The notes under the pieces: generated by a model
Told to the model about the DNA's origin: nothing
Seen by the model: only the letters and a program-made list of their open reading frames with translations
The model's database searches: none
Position numbers and translations under genes: made by a program
From: Squalus acanthias
Lineage: Eukaryota
DNA length: 64,000 bases
Direction: 5' to 3'
Assembly (NCBI GenBank): GCA_030390025.1
Contig: CM059438.1
Coordinates: 60,948,001-61,012,000, forward strand
Shown: positions 35,736-47,943 of the stretch, piece by piece
How the letters are laid out: each line of letters begins with the position of its first letter
Position numbering within the stretch: the stretch's first letter is position 1

Positions 35736-36739
35736 GAAACTGAATTAATTCAATTGGTTAAATTATAGTTGTGGTTCATTTAATAATTGGATGATTCTTA
35801 TTGGCTAGTTTGAGGAATTGCACTGGCCACTGTGTGGCTGGAGTAGAGGCTCTGACAGTGCTGCACTCCCTCAGTACTACATTGGAGTGCCAGCCTAGAT
35901 TTTTGTGCTGCAGGTCTCTGGAGTGGGACTATGAACCCACAACTTTCTGACTCAGAGGCGAGAGGGCTACCAACTGAGCCACGGCGGACACCTCTGGTCA
36001 AGGTTAAGGTTTCTGCCCTTAGTTACAACTCAGCGACCCCCGCGGGGAACGTGCTTGTGTACGGATGTTGGGTAAGTGCAGGATTGGGCCTAGCTGTGAC
36101 GGCCCCCAAAGTCTAATTGCTTGTCAGCATTCATTGCCTTGGGTTGCAGATGAAGAACAGGCACGTGGGTGAGATCCCTTGCAGAGGGTCCGCACATCCG
36201 CGTAACTGCTGGGACCTGCCCCCGGCCCCGCCAACAATCAGCGGACCGGCAGAAGTTACTGACCAAAAGTGACATGTGGGCTCGGGGGAAAAGGATTGGG
36301 ATGTAATACTCGGAAAGGGTCTGCAGAGCTGGTAAATCCTCAACAGCTGTGAGGGTTAAGGAAACAACCATGAATCAGAGCTGGAAGCTTGGCGATCTCA
36401 TTCAGAAAATCTCATGGCAGACCCATCCATCTCCTTCTCGCCCGTGTCCCGGGACACTTACTAAAATTAACGATGATTTAAGGCTTGCAGCGTGGGCGAG
36501 GGGAGTCTCCAGTGCCGGCGTGTTTACATACAGAAGGGAACTTGAGAGACGGATCCAACTTCCAGTCTGAGGGAGAGGCAGAGTTCAGCTGTTGTCGAGC
36601 AGAGCAGCATTTTCCCCTTTGGTGCGTGGGAGGGCAGGGCCTCGAAAAGGCAGATATCTGGGGGTAGAGACTGAGGTCTGGAAGACTTAACTTCCAGGGC
36701 TGGGGTTCGGAGCACAGCGCAGTCCCCTGTCCTGATCGT

Positions 36740-39700
36740 CCCCCCATCCCCATTTCCCCCTCGACCCCCGTCCCCATCGCTCCCTCGACCCCCCCCGTCC
36801 CCATCACTCCCTCGACACCCCCCCGTCCCCATCGCTCCCTCGACCCACCGTCCCCATCTCTCCCTCGACCCCCCCGTCCCCATCGCTCCCTCGACACCCC
36901 CCGTCCCCATCTCTCCCTCGACCCCCCCGTCCCCATCGCTCCCTCAACCCCCCCCGTCCCCATCGCTCCCTCGACCCCCCCGTCCCCATCGCTCCCTCAA
37001 CCCCCCCCCGTCCCCATCGCTCCCTCCACCCCCGTCCCCATCTCTCCCTCGACCCCCCCCGTCCCCATCGCTCCCTCGACCCCCCCCCGTCCCCATCTCT
37101 CCCTCGACCCCCCCCCGTCCCCATCTCTCCCTCGACCCCCCCCCCGTCCCCATCACTCCCTCGACTCCCCCGTCCCCATCTCTTCCTCGACTCCCCCGTC
37201 CCCATCTCTTCCTCGACTCCCCCGTCCCCATCTCTCCCTCGACCCCCCCGTCCCCATCACTCCCTCGACACCCCCCGTCCCCATCACTCCCTCGACCCCC
37301 CATCCCCATCACTCCCTCGACCCCCCCGTCCCCATCACTCCCTCGACACCCCCCGTCCCCATCTCTCCCTCGACCCCCCCCGTCCCCATCACTCCCTCGA
37401 CCCCCCATCCCCATCACTCCCTCGACCCCCCCCGTCCCCATCGCTCCCTCGACCCCCCCCGTCCCCATCTCTCCCTCGACCCCCCCCCGTCCCCATCGCT
37501 CCCTCCACCCCCGTCCCCATCTCTCCCTCGACCCCCCCCCTTCCCCATCGCTCCCTCGACCCCCCCGTCCCCATCACTCCCTCGACATCCCCCGTCCCCA
37601 TCTCTCCCTCGACCCCCCCCGTCCCCATCTCTCCCTCGACCCCCCCCCGTCCCCATCTCTCCCTCGACCCCCCCCCGTCCCCATCACTCCCTCGACTCCC
37701 CCGTCCCCATCTCTTCCTCGACTCCCCCGTCCCCATCGCTCCCTCCACCCCCGTCCCCATCCCTCCCTCCACCCCCGTCCCCATCGCTCCCTCCACCCCC
37801 ATCCCCATCGCTCCCTCGACCCCCGTCCCCATCACTCCCTCGACCCCCGTCCCCATCACTCCCTCGACCCCCCCCGTCCCCATCACTCCCTCGACCCCCC
37901 CCGTCCCCATCGCTCCCTCCACCCCCGTCCCCATCTCTCCCTCGACCCCCCCCCCGTCCCCATCGCTCCCTCGACCCACCCCTTCCCCATCGCTCCCTCG
38001 ACCCCCCCGTCCCCATCACTCCCTCGACATCCCCCGTCCCCATCTCTCCCTCGACCCCCCCCCGTCCCCATCTCTCCCTCGACCCCCCCCCGTCCCCATC
38101 TCTCCCTCGACCCCCCCCCGTCCCCATCTCTCCCTCGACCCCCCCGTCCCCATCACTCCCTCGACTCCCCCGTCCCCATCTCTTCCTCGACTCCCCCGTC
38201 CCCATCTCTCCCTCGACCCCCCCGTCCCCATCACTCCCTCGACACCCCCCGTCCCCATCTCTCCCTCGACCCCCCCGTCCCCATCTCTCCCTCGACCCCC
38301 CGTCCCCATCACTCCCTCGACCCCCCCGTCCCCATCACTCCCTCGACCCCCGTCCCCATCACTCCCTCGACCCCCCCCCGTCCCCATCCCTCCCTCGACC
38401 CCCGTCCCCATCGCTCCCTCCACCCCCGTCCCCATCCCTCCCTCCACCCCCGTCCCCATCGCTCCCTCCACCCCCATCCCCATCGCTCCCTCGACCCCCC
38501 GTCCCCATCACTCCCTCGACCCCCGTCCCCATCACTCCCTCGACCCCCCCCCGTCCCCATCACTCCCTCGACCCCCCCCCGTCCCCATCGCTCCCTCCAC
38601 CCCCGTCCCCATCGCTCCCTCCACCCCCGTCCCCATCCCTCCCTCGACCCCCGTCCCCATCCCTCCCTCCACCCCCGTCCCCATCGCTCCCTCCACCCCC
38701 GTCCCCATCCCTCCCTCCACCCCCGTCCCCATCGCTCCCTCCACCCCCATCCCCATCGCTCCCTCGACCCCCCGTCCCCATCTCTCCCTCGACCCCCCCC
38801 CCGTCCCCATCACTCCCTCGACATCCCCCGTCCCCATCTCTCCCTCGACTCCCCCGTCCCCATCTCTCCCTCGACCCCCCCGTCCCCATCGCTCCCTCCA
38901 CCCCCATCCCCATCACTCCCTCGACCCCCCGTCCCCATCTCTCCCTCGACTCCCCCGTCCCCATCACTCCCTCGACCCCCCCGTCCCCATCGCTCCCTCG
39001 ACCCCCCGTCCCCATCTCTCCCTCGACCCCCCCCCGTCCCCATCGCTCCCTCGACCCCCCGTCCCCATCTCTCCCTCGACCCCCCCCGTCCCCATCTCTC
39101 CCTCCACCCCCCCGTCCCCATCTCTCCCTCGACCCCCCCGTCCCCATCTCTCCCTCGACCCCCCCCCGTCCCCATCACTCCCTCGACCCCCCCCGTCCCC
39201 ATCGCTCCCTCGACCCCCCCCGTCCCCATCACTCCCTCGACCCCCGTCCCCATCGCTCCCTCGACCCCTCGTCCCCATCGCTCCCTCCACCCCCCGTCCC
39301 CATCCCTCCCTCGACCCCTCGTCCCCATCACTCCCTCGACCCCTCGTCCCCATCACTCCCTCGACCCCCCATCCCCATCACTCCCTCGAACCCCCGTCCC
39401 CATCTCTCCCTCGACCCCCCCCCCGTCCCCATCGCTCCCTCGACCCCCCGTCCCCATCTCTCCCTCGACCCCCCCGTCCCCATCTCTCCCTCGACCCCCC
39501 CCCGTCCCCATCACTCCCTCGACCCCCCCGTCCCCATCGCTCCCTCCACCCCCCGTCCCCATCCCTCCCTCGACCCCTCGTCCCCATCACTCCCTCGACC
39601 CCCCCGTCCCCATCGCTCCCTCGACCCCCCCCCGTCCCCATCGCTCCCTCGACCCCCCGTCCCCATCGCTCCCTCGACCCCCCCCGTCCCCATCGCTCCC

Positions 39701-40680
39701 TCGACCCCCCCCGTCCCCATCGCTCCGTCGACCCCCGTCCCCATCCCTCCCTCCACCCCCCGTCCCCATCACTCCCTCGACCCCCCGTCCCCATCGCTCC
39801 CTCGACCCCCCCCGTCCCCATCACTCCCTTGACCCCCCCCCCGTCCCCATCGCTCCCTCCACCCCCGTCCCCATCACTCCCTCGACCCCCGTCCCCATCG
39901 CTCCCTCCACCCCCCGTCCCCATCCCTCCCTCGACCCCTCGTCCCCATCACTCCCTCGACCCCTCGTCCCCATCACTCCCTCGACCCCCCGTCCCCATCC
40001 CTCCCTCGACTCCTCGTCCCCATCGCTCCCTCCACCCCCGTCCCCATCGCTCCCTCCACCCCCCGTCCCCATCCCTCCCTCGACCCCTCGTCCCCATCAC
40101 TCCCTCGACCCCTCGTCCCCATCACTCCCTCGACCCCCCGTCCCCATCGCTCCCTCGACCCCCCCCCGTCCCCATCGCTCCGTCGACCCCCATCCCCATC
40201 CCTCCCTCCACCCCCCGTCCCCATCACTCCCTCGACACCCCGTCCCCATCTCTCCCTCAACCCCCCCCCGTCCCCATCTCTCCCTCGACCTCCCCCCCGT
40301 CCCCATCGCTCCCTCGACCCCCCCGTCCCCATCACTCCCTCGACCCCTCGTCCCCATCACTCCCTCGACCCCCCGTCCCCATCGCTCCCTCGACCCCCCC
40401 CGTCCCCATCGCTCCGTCGACCCCCGTCCCCATCCCTCCCTCCACCCCCCGTCCCCATCCCTCCCTCCACCCCCCGTCCCCATCGCTCCCTCGACCCCTG
40501 TCCCCATCGCTCCCTCCACCCCCCCGTCCCCATCCCTCCCTCCACCCCCGTCCCCATCGCTCCCTCCACCCCCCCGTCCCCATCCCTCCCTCCACCCCCG
40601 TCCCCATCGCTCCCTCCACCCCCCCCGTCCCCATCACTCCCTCAACCCCTCGTCCCCATCACTCCCTCGACCCCCGTCCC
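36740..40680. repeat. ~3.9-kb C-rich minisatellite, ~23-28 bp unit CGTCCCCATC(G/A/T/C)CTCCCTC(G/C)ACCCC(C)n
   Basis: Direct reading; source of the many Gly/Pro-rich spurious ORFs. Confidence 0.97.
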
Positions 40681-41434
40681 AAGTCGCCCCCACCTCCCGA
40701 TCACCTTCCCTTCCCCTTGAAGCACTTACCCGAGGGCCACAGTGTCCCAGCGAGCGGCCTGGGGAGGCACAGCAGGTGCTTGCACCTCTGATGTAAATGA
40801 GGCCCGAGGTCCAATATCGGGTGGGCCTCGGGCCTACCCGTCAGGCTTGGGACCTCTAAACAGGCCGACTGGTGTGTGAGTGAAGAAGCAGGTGATGTAT
40901 ATTTTAAACCTGTCCTGACTCCCTATGAGAATGTTAACGTGCACGGCAAGACTGCCTTTAATGAATTTCCATTGCGAGCGAGAGTGTGTAGGGGAGATCA
41001 GAGTGATAGATTTCATTACAAATATTAAAAGCTTAACAGGCTCCCGTGTTATTCATCCTAGTGTTCCCAGCTAGTTCCGTAAACTATTTGTAATGGGGAT
41101 ACACTATACCAACAAGCTAATCTGAGAACTGGCAGATCTCTGTAGCCAGGTTTATAACAGGACCTGCGGCACTGGTTATTTTAATGAGGGTTTAATTAGG
41201 GGCTATCACTCAGGAAACCGAGGAAACTTTCCATTCAGCACTGACACAGGAATCTAACCCTTTAAAACAAGCGCCACCAGATTGGGAGCGTCTGAATTTA
41301 ACTTCAGCACCGCTTCACCTTTTATGTTGAAATTCGGTGATTGATGGCTGGTGCCATCGCCAATAAGGCAGGAAGCAAGTGTGCCCCATTTTAACATGGC
41401 ACAAACGCAAATTAAACCAAATTTAAATGAAACT

Positions 41435-41730
41435 TAACAAATCAAATCACGATTTTGTTTCCCGGGGGTGATAATGCACCCCAGTCCCTCCGGTCGCGGA
41501 AGGCCTCGAGCCTGCCGGCGGACACCGCGTGCTCCATCTCCGGGGACACCCGGGCGCGAACGTGGCCACGGAAGAGAGGCAGGCAGTCGGGCCGAACGAC
41601 CCCCCCCTCGACCGCCCGCTGCCTGGACCTGTTGATGGCCACCTTGGCCAGGCCCAAAGACAGTCTCACGAGGAGGTCCTCCGATCTGCCCGCTCCCCGC
41701 CCCCTCCCCCCCAACCCCCCCCGCACCGGG
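41435..41730 (-). mobile_element. Tx1-clade LINE 3' fragment
   Basis: EDLLVRLSLGLAKVAINRSRQRAVEG...DCLPLFRGHVRARVS-x-E-x-EHAVS...EAFRDR. Confidence 0.7.
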
Positions 41731-43469
41731 TGACCAAGGATCAGGAGCGTTCAGCACCTCTTCAAGCTTGTCATTCCACTCCCAAGCACAGCTAAATCCG
41801 TCGCCCTATAGCTGCATGTTTATATCAGTGTGTGCCCGCCCGGATTGGTTGCCAGGACTCTAGTTTAGCTCCAGCCTGCCTTGACTTGTTTGGCCCAGCT
41901 CCACTCCTCTGAGGCCCCTGGCGAGAGTTCGGCCGTTCAGATCTCCAAACGTCCCAGGCTGGGAATGAAAGGCAGTGACCATTGAGGACAAGGACAGCAG
42001 TTCAGCCACTTGGCCCCTGACCCCTCCTCCCGCCCCGGCCCGTAACAAATCGCAAAAATATTGGCTTCTCTCGCCTTTAAAAATAAACCATCATTTATTT
42101 AAATGTCATCACTTAGGAGCTGTAAATAATGGGGGGGGGGGGGGCGGTGAGAGGGAAATGGAGAGAGACGGAGATATGGAGAGAGGAATTAAATAGAAAA
42201 AGGATGATCGAGGGAAAGAAAGAGAGACAAAGTGACACAGAGCCAGGGGCGGACAGGCTCCCTCCCAAAAGGGCAGGGGATGCTTCCAGATTCTCATGGA
42301 GAAAGGGGGTGTCGATAATACAGCGCTCTGGGACCGTTCACGGTGGGGCAGGTGCGAAATCTCCACATTTCCAATATGGCCAGTCCACCCCTGCAGAGAG
42401 AGATTGGAGAGAGAGGGAGAAATTGAGAAGGAGAAGGAAGATAGAGGGAAAGAGTGACAGAGAGAGAAACGAAGAAATGGAGAACACAGTGGGGTCTATT
42501 TTGACGTTTGGGTGACTGATCATTGGACGAGTTGGCTCGCTGCCCCGGCCTCATTTAAATTTGCTGCTGCAGACTTCGGGGCAAGCTGAAAATGGGTCAG
42601 GTTTTAGGTCACATTTTTTAATCTAATGGGGGATTCAAGTGTGTAATTGAACACACTTTAGGAGGGATTGAAATTGGAGAAATGCAGTAGAATTCCTGGG
42701 TATGGAGGGATGGATGGGGGCCAGTGGAGGCAGCACTTTACTTGCGCACATGTGCAGATGACTGTTGTGTGGTAGATGTTTCAGGGACTTAATGAAGTGT
42801 GTTCTCTATTAAAACCTGCTTTCTTGTGCAGACAGGTCTTTGAACCTGTTCTCATTAGACCGGAGGTGATGAAGGGGTGATTGGATAGAGATGTTTAAGA
42901 CTATGAAGGGAGGGGACAGAGTAGATAGAAACAGACGATTTCCAGTGGTGGAACTTTTGTAAAAGAAGACCAGAGATAAGAAAATATCAACCCCCTTTTG
43001 AGCTGTCAGAAGCTGCTGTGCGACCTGAGCCTCTGCCACTGCAGCGCGTGCTGAGCTACTGCAGGCCGCGAGAAACTCAGCCCAGTGCTTATGTTTCCTC
43101 AGCATTTGCACAAGTCTCTTTTTAAGTTTAACAAGCCTGACTCACAAGGGAAACGTCTCTGCAGATAACATCTGTCAGTGACACTTCCATAACGCACTCA
43201 CTGAACACAGGACTGTACGCAACAAAGGCCTGTGATTAGCACAGCTCAGTCTTAGCATTTTCCATCCATTGTTCCCTCAGGGTTGCTGCTAGCTCGTCAT
43301 TCATTATTGCAATTTCTGACCTCGAACTTCAAGTCTACCCAGTCCTGGTACGGTTTGGGAGATACTCGATCGATTGGGTTAACACATCGTTGCCATCTGC
43401 CGTTTCCTATTTGTTGCCATTATTTTGCAAACTGTTTCATTTAGGTTCCCACTCTTTTCAACCTCCTGC

Positions 43470-44985
43470 CCCACTTAACCCCTTCTAATCCCCCTGCCTC
43501 ATCTAATCCCCCATCCCTTCTAACCCCCTGCCCCTTCTAATCCCCACCCCATCTAATCCCCCACCCCTTCTAATCCCCCACCCCTTCTAATCCCCCACCC
43601 CTTCTAATCCCCCACCCCATCTAATCCCCCATCCCTTCTAACCCCCCGCCCCTTCTAATCCCCACCCCATCTAATCCCCACCCCATCTAATCCCCACCCC
43701 ATCTAATCCCCCGCCCCTTCTAAACTCCCGCCCCTTCTAATCCCCCGCCCCTTCTAATCCCCCACCCCTTCTAATCCCCCACCCCTTCTAACCCCCCGCC
43801 CCTTCTAATCCCCCACCCCTTCTAATCCCCCGCCCCTTCTAACCCCCCACCCCTTCTAACCCCCCGCCCCTTCTAACCCCCCGCCCCTTCTAACCCCCCG
43901 CCCCTTCTAATCCCCCGCCCCTTCTAACCCCCGCCCCTTCTAATCCCCCGCCCCTTCTAATCCCCCACCCCTTCTAATCCCCGCCCCTTCTAACCCCCCG
44001 CCCCTTCTAATCCCCACCCCATCTAATCCCCCGCCCCTTCTAACCCCCCGCCCCTTCTAACCCCCTGCCCCTTCTAATCCCCCGCCCCTTCTAATCCCCC
44101 GCCCCTTCTAATCCCCCGCCCCTTCTAACCCCCCGCCCCTTCTAATCCCCACCCTTCTAATCCCCCGCCCCTTCTAACCCCCCGCCCCTTCTAATCCCCC
44201 GCCCCTTCTAACCCCCCGCCCCTTCTAATCCCCCACCCCTTCTAATCCCCGCCCCTTCTAACCCCCCGCCCCTTCTAATACCCACCCCATCTAATCCCCC
44301 ACCCCTTCTAACCCCCCGCCCCTTCTAACCCCCCGCCCCTTCTAATCCCCCGCCCCTTCTAATCCCCCGCCCCTTCTAACCCCCCGCCCCTTCTAATCCC
44401 CCGCCCCTTCTAACCCCCCGCCCCTTCTAATCCCCACCCCTTCTAATCCCCCGCCCCTTCTAATCCCCCACCACTTCTAACCCCCACCCTTCTAATCCCC
44501 ACCCCTTCTAATCCCCCACCCCTTCTAATCCCCCACCCCTTCTAATCCCCACCCCTTCTAATCCCCCACCCCTTCTAATCCCCACCTCTTCTAATCCCCA
44601 CCCCTTCTAATCCCCACCCCTTCTAATCCCCCACCCCATCTATTCCCCCGCCCCTTCTAATCCCCACCCCATCTAACCCCCCGCCCCTTCTAATCCCCCA
44701 CCCCTTCTATTCCCCCACCCCTTCTAATCCCCACCCCTTCTATTTACCCGCCCCTTCTAATCCCCCACCCCTTCTAATCCCCCACCCCTTCTAATCCCCC
44801 GCCCCTTCTAATCCCCTGCCCTTCTAATCCCCCGCCCCTTCTAATCCCCACCCCTTCTAATCCCCCACCCCTTCTAATCCCCCACCCCTTCTAATCCCCA
44901 CCCCCTTCTATTCCCCCACCCCTTCTAATCCCCCGCCCCTTCTAATCCCCACCTCTTCTATTCCCCCACCCTTTATAATCTCCCT
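43470..44985. repeat. ~17-18 bp C-rich minisatellite (CCCCTTCTAATCCCCC(G/A))n
   Basis: Direct reading. Confidence 0.96.
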
Positions 44986-45253
44986 GCTCCTCTCCAGTTG
45001 CATGTCATAATCTGCAGTGTCCTAGTTATTGGTACGACCTATCCAATTCTGAACTGTACAGTACAATTTTGGACTGTGCTGTCCGGAAATTACTAAAATG
45101 TATCTGAAGACTAATTGTATTGTAAAAGGTATTGTGAGACCATTTCCTCATTCATCATACATTTGGAACTTAAAAAAAAATTGTTTTCACAATTATTGTT
45201 TCTTATTTTTTGAGGTGAGGTGAATGTTGCTCTTATCAACACTCAGCGTGAAT

Positions 45254-45990
45254 CACTCCCAGGGCAGGTACAGCACGGGTTAGAACCAGAGTAAAGCTCC
45301 CTCAACACTGTCCCAAATAACACTCCCAGGGTTGGCACAGCAGAGGTTAGATACAGAGTAAAGCTCCCTCTAGACTGTCCCATCAAGCACTCCCAGGGCC
45401 GGTATAGCACGGGTTAGATACAGAGTAAAGCTCCCTCTACACTGTCCCATCAAACACTCCCAGGGCAGGTACAGCACAGGTTAGATACAGAGTAAAGCTC
45501 CCTCTACACTGTCCCATCAAACACTCCCAGGGCAGGTACAGCACAGGTTAGATACAGAGTAAAGCTCTCTTTACACTGTCCCATCAAACATTCCCAGGGC
45601 AGGTACAGCACGGGTTAGATACAGAGTAAAGCTCTCTCTACACTGTCCCATCAAACATTCCCAAGGCAGGTACAGCATGGGTTAGATACAGAGTAAAGCT
45701 CTCTCTACACTGTCCCATCAAACATTCCCAGGGCAGGTACAGCACGGGTTAGATACAGAGGAAAGCTCTCTCTACACTGTCCCGTCAAACACTCCCAGGA
45801 CAGGTACAGCACAGGTTAGATACAGAGTAAAGCTCTCTCTACACTGTCCCATCAAACATTCCCAGGGCAGGTACAGCATGGGTTAGATACAGAGTAAAGC
45901 TCTCTCTACACTGTCCCATCAAACACTCCCAGGGCAGGTACAGCACAGGTTAGATACAGAGTAAAGCTCCCTCTACACTGTCCCATCAAC
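45254..45990. repeat. 67-bp minisatellite (CACTCCCAGGGCAGGTACAGCACGGGTTAGATACAGAGTAAAGCTCCCTCTACACTGTCCCATCAAA)n, ~11 copies
   Basis: Direct reading; the unit resembles the 3' part of an LF-SINE-like SINE. Confidence 0.96.
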
Positions 45991-47295
45991 CACCACTGAG
46001 TCAGCCAATGAGTTGGAGGTGGAGCGTGACTTGTGATTGTTATTTACAAAATCTCAGAACTCATGACCGAAACTACAGCACAGAGACTCCCGAGTACAGC
46101 AGGATTATTTCTTCAGCAAATGCAATGAGTGGAGGGTAGTTACATAATATTACAAATTATGTACATAAAATCATCCCAGTCACCTACAGCAGTGCGGACT
46201 CCAGGTGTGATTGACGGGGGAATTACCCAATCACCTCCACTCTGGCCAGGACTTGTGGTGCCACGAGATGCAGCCATTTCTAAATTCATGCATAGGAAGG
46301 TGAAATTCCTCCACAAGATCAGAAAATTACGCCTTTTGGTTGCAAACTGTAGTTGATCGTCTTAATGATCTGATAAAAATGTATTGCAATCTCTAGTACT
46401 GACAGCCTACGGGTGAATTGAGAGATTTATAGCCTAGTTTTCTATGTAGGCGGAGCATTTTGAGTCTTCGTCCCGAACTCAACAAGTGATTTATGTGCTT
46501 GCCCCACCAGTGAAATTGTGTATTTATATTTTTATTTCAGTTTCATGCCAGTAATTATACACAAACTATAACTGTATGGCGATGAGTTGGATTTTAGGCA
46601 GGAGTGTTGATATTTTTTTTCCGTACCAAATCCCATGTTATTACTAACACTGACAATGGATAACTAGAATGTTCGACCTACGATGTAGAAATACAAGGTG
46701 TGTCAACGTCAATCTTCGGGGAAGAGGGAAGATTTGGCAGGCAGGTGAAGAAAGCATTGCACATTCACGCGACGGAGAATTTGCTCAATAGAACTAATCA
46801 AACTCTCCTGGCAGAGTGCCCAAGGAGACACACTCGGCTATCTTCAGATCTCATGGAGACAGAAGAATGTGAGAAAGAAGAAATGAATGACAGGATCCCA
46901 GCTAATTAGACAAGGCGTGGAAGACAAGATTCAGGGTAAGGCAACCGCCCTGAATGCTGTTGGAGTGATCCAGCTGTGCCGAGCTCAGTTAGTGCGGGTG
47001 AATGGGTTCATGAGCCCAGGTTGAATAATTAACCCCTAAGCACCGTAAAACCACTTACTGGAAATACATGGGATGCCCACCACATTCGCGAGTATATCGT
47101 ACATCTGTGTGCACTCCTTGTTATAATGCTTTGCATTATAAATTCCCACATCCACGTTTATAATGGAGCTGCCTATGTAAATTTGCTGCACTATAATTAC
47201 ACCCTCCACTCATTGGAGGTACTACAGTGCCACCCATGGCAAGAGGGTGTAATTACAGCGTGACAAGTTTAGCAAGTTGCTACTTTAGCTGTAGA

Positions 47296-47935
47296 CAACA
47301 ACAACAACAACAATTTGCATTTATATAGCACCTTTAATGTAGAAAAATGTCCCGAGGGGTTTCACAGAAGTGTTATCAGACAAAAATTGGCACCAAGCCA
47401 AAGAAGGAGATATTAGGACAAGTGACTAAATGCTTGGCCAAAGAGGTAGGTTTTAAGGAGTGTCCTAAAGGAGGAAAGAGAGGTGGAGATGTTTAGGGAG
47501 GGAATTCCAGAGCTTAGGGCCTGGCAACAGAAGGCACGGCCACCAATGGTGGGGCGAAGGGGATGGGGAATGGATAAGATGCCAGAATTGGAGGAACGCA
47601 GAGATCTTGGAGGGTTGTAGGGCTGGAGGAGGTTACAGAGGTAAGGAGGGGCGAGGCCATGGAGTGATTTGAACACAAGAATGAAAATTTTAAATTTGAG
47701 GTGTGGGTGGACCGGGAGCCAATGTAGGTCAGCGAGCACAGGGGGTGATGGGTGAACGGGACTTGGTGCGAGTTAGGACACGGGCAGCAGAGTTTTGGAT
47801 GAGCTCAAGTTTATGGAGGGTGAAAATTGGGAGGCCGGCCAGGAGAACATTGCAATAGTCGAGTCTGAAGGCAAAAAAGGCGTGGATGAGGCTTTCAGCA
47901 GCAGATGAGCTGAAGCAAGCACGGAGATATAGGAA
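47296..47935 (-). mobile_element. L2-clade LINE 3' fragment
   Basis: LADLHWLPV...FKSLHGLAPPYL; (TTG)n tail. Confidence 0.9.
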
Positions 47936-47943
47936 TTTATAAT

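Noticed and set aside
36478..40791. Gly-rich and extensin-like Pro-rich ORFs
   Set aside because: Low-complexity minisatellite with constant frameshifts from variable C-runs.
43470..44985. Interstitial telomeric repeat
   Set aside because: The unit is not TTAGGG; the resemblance is superficial.
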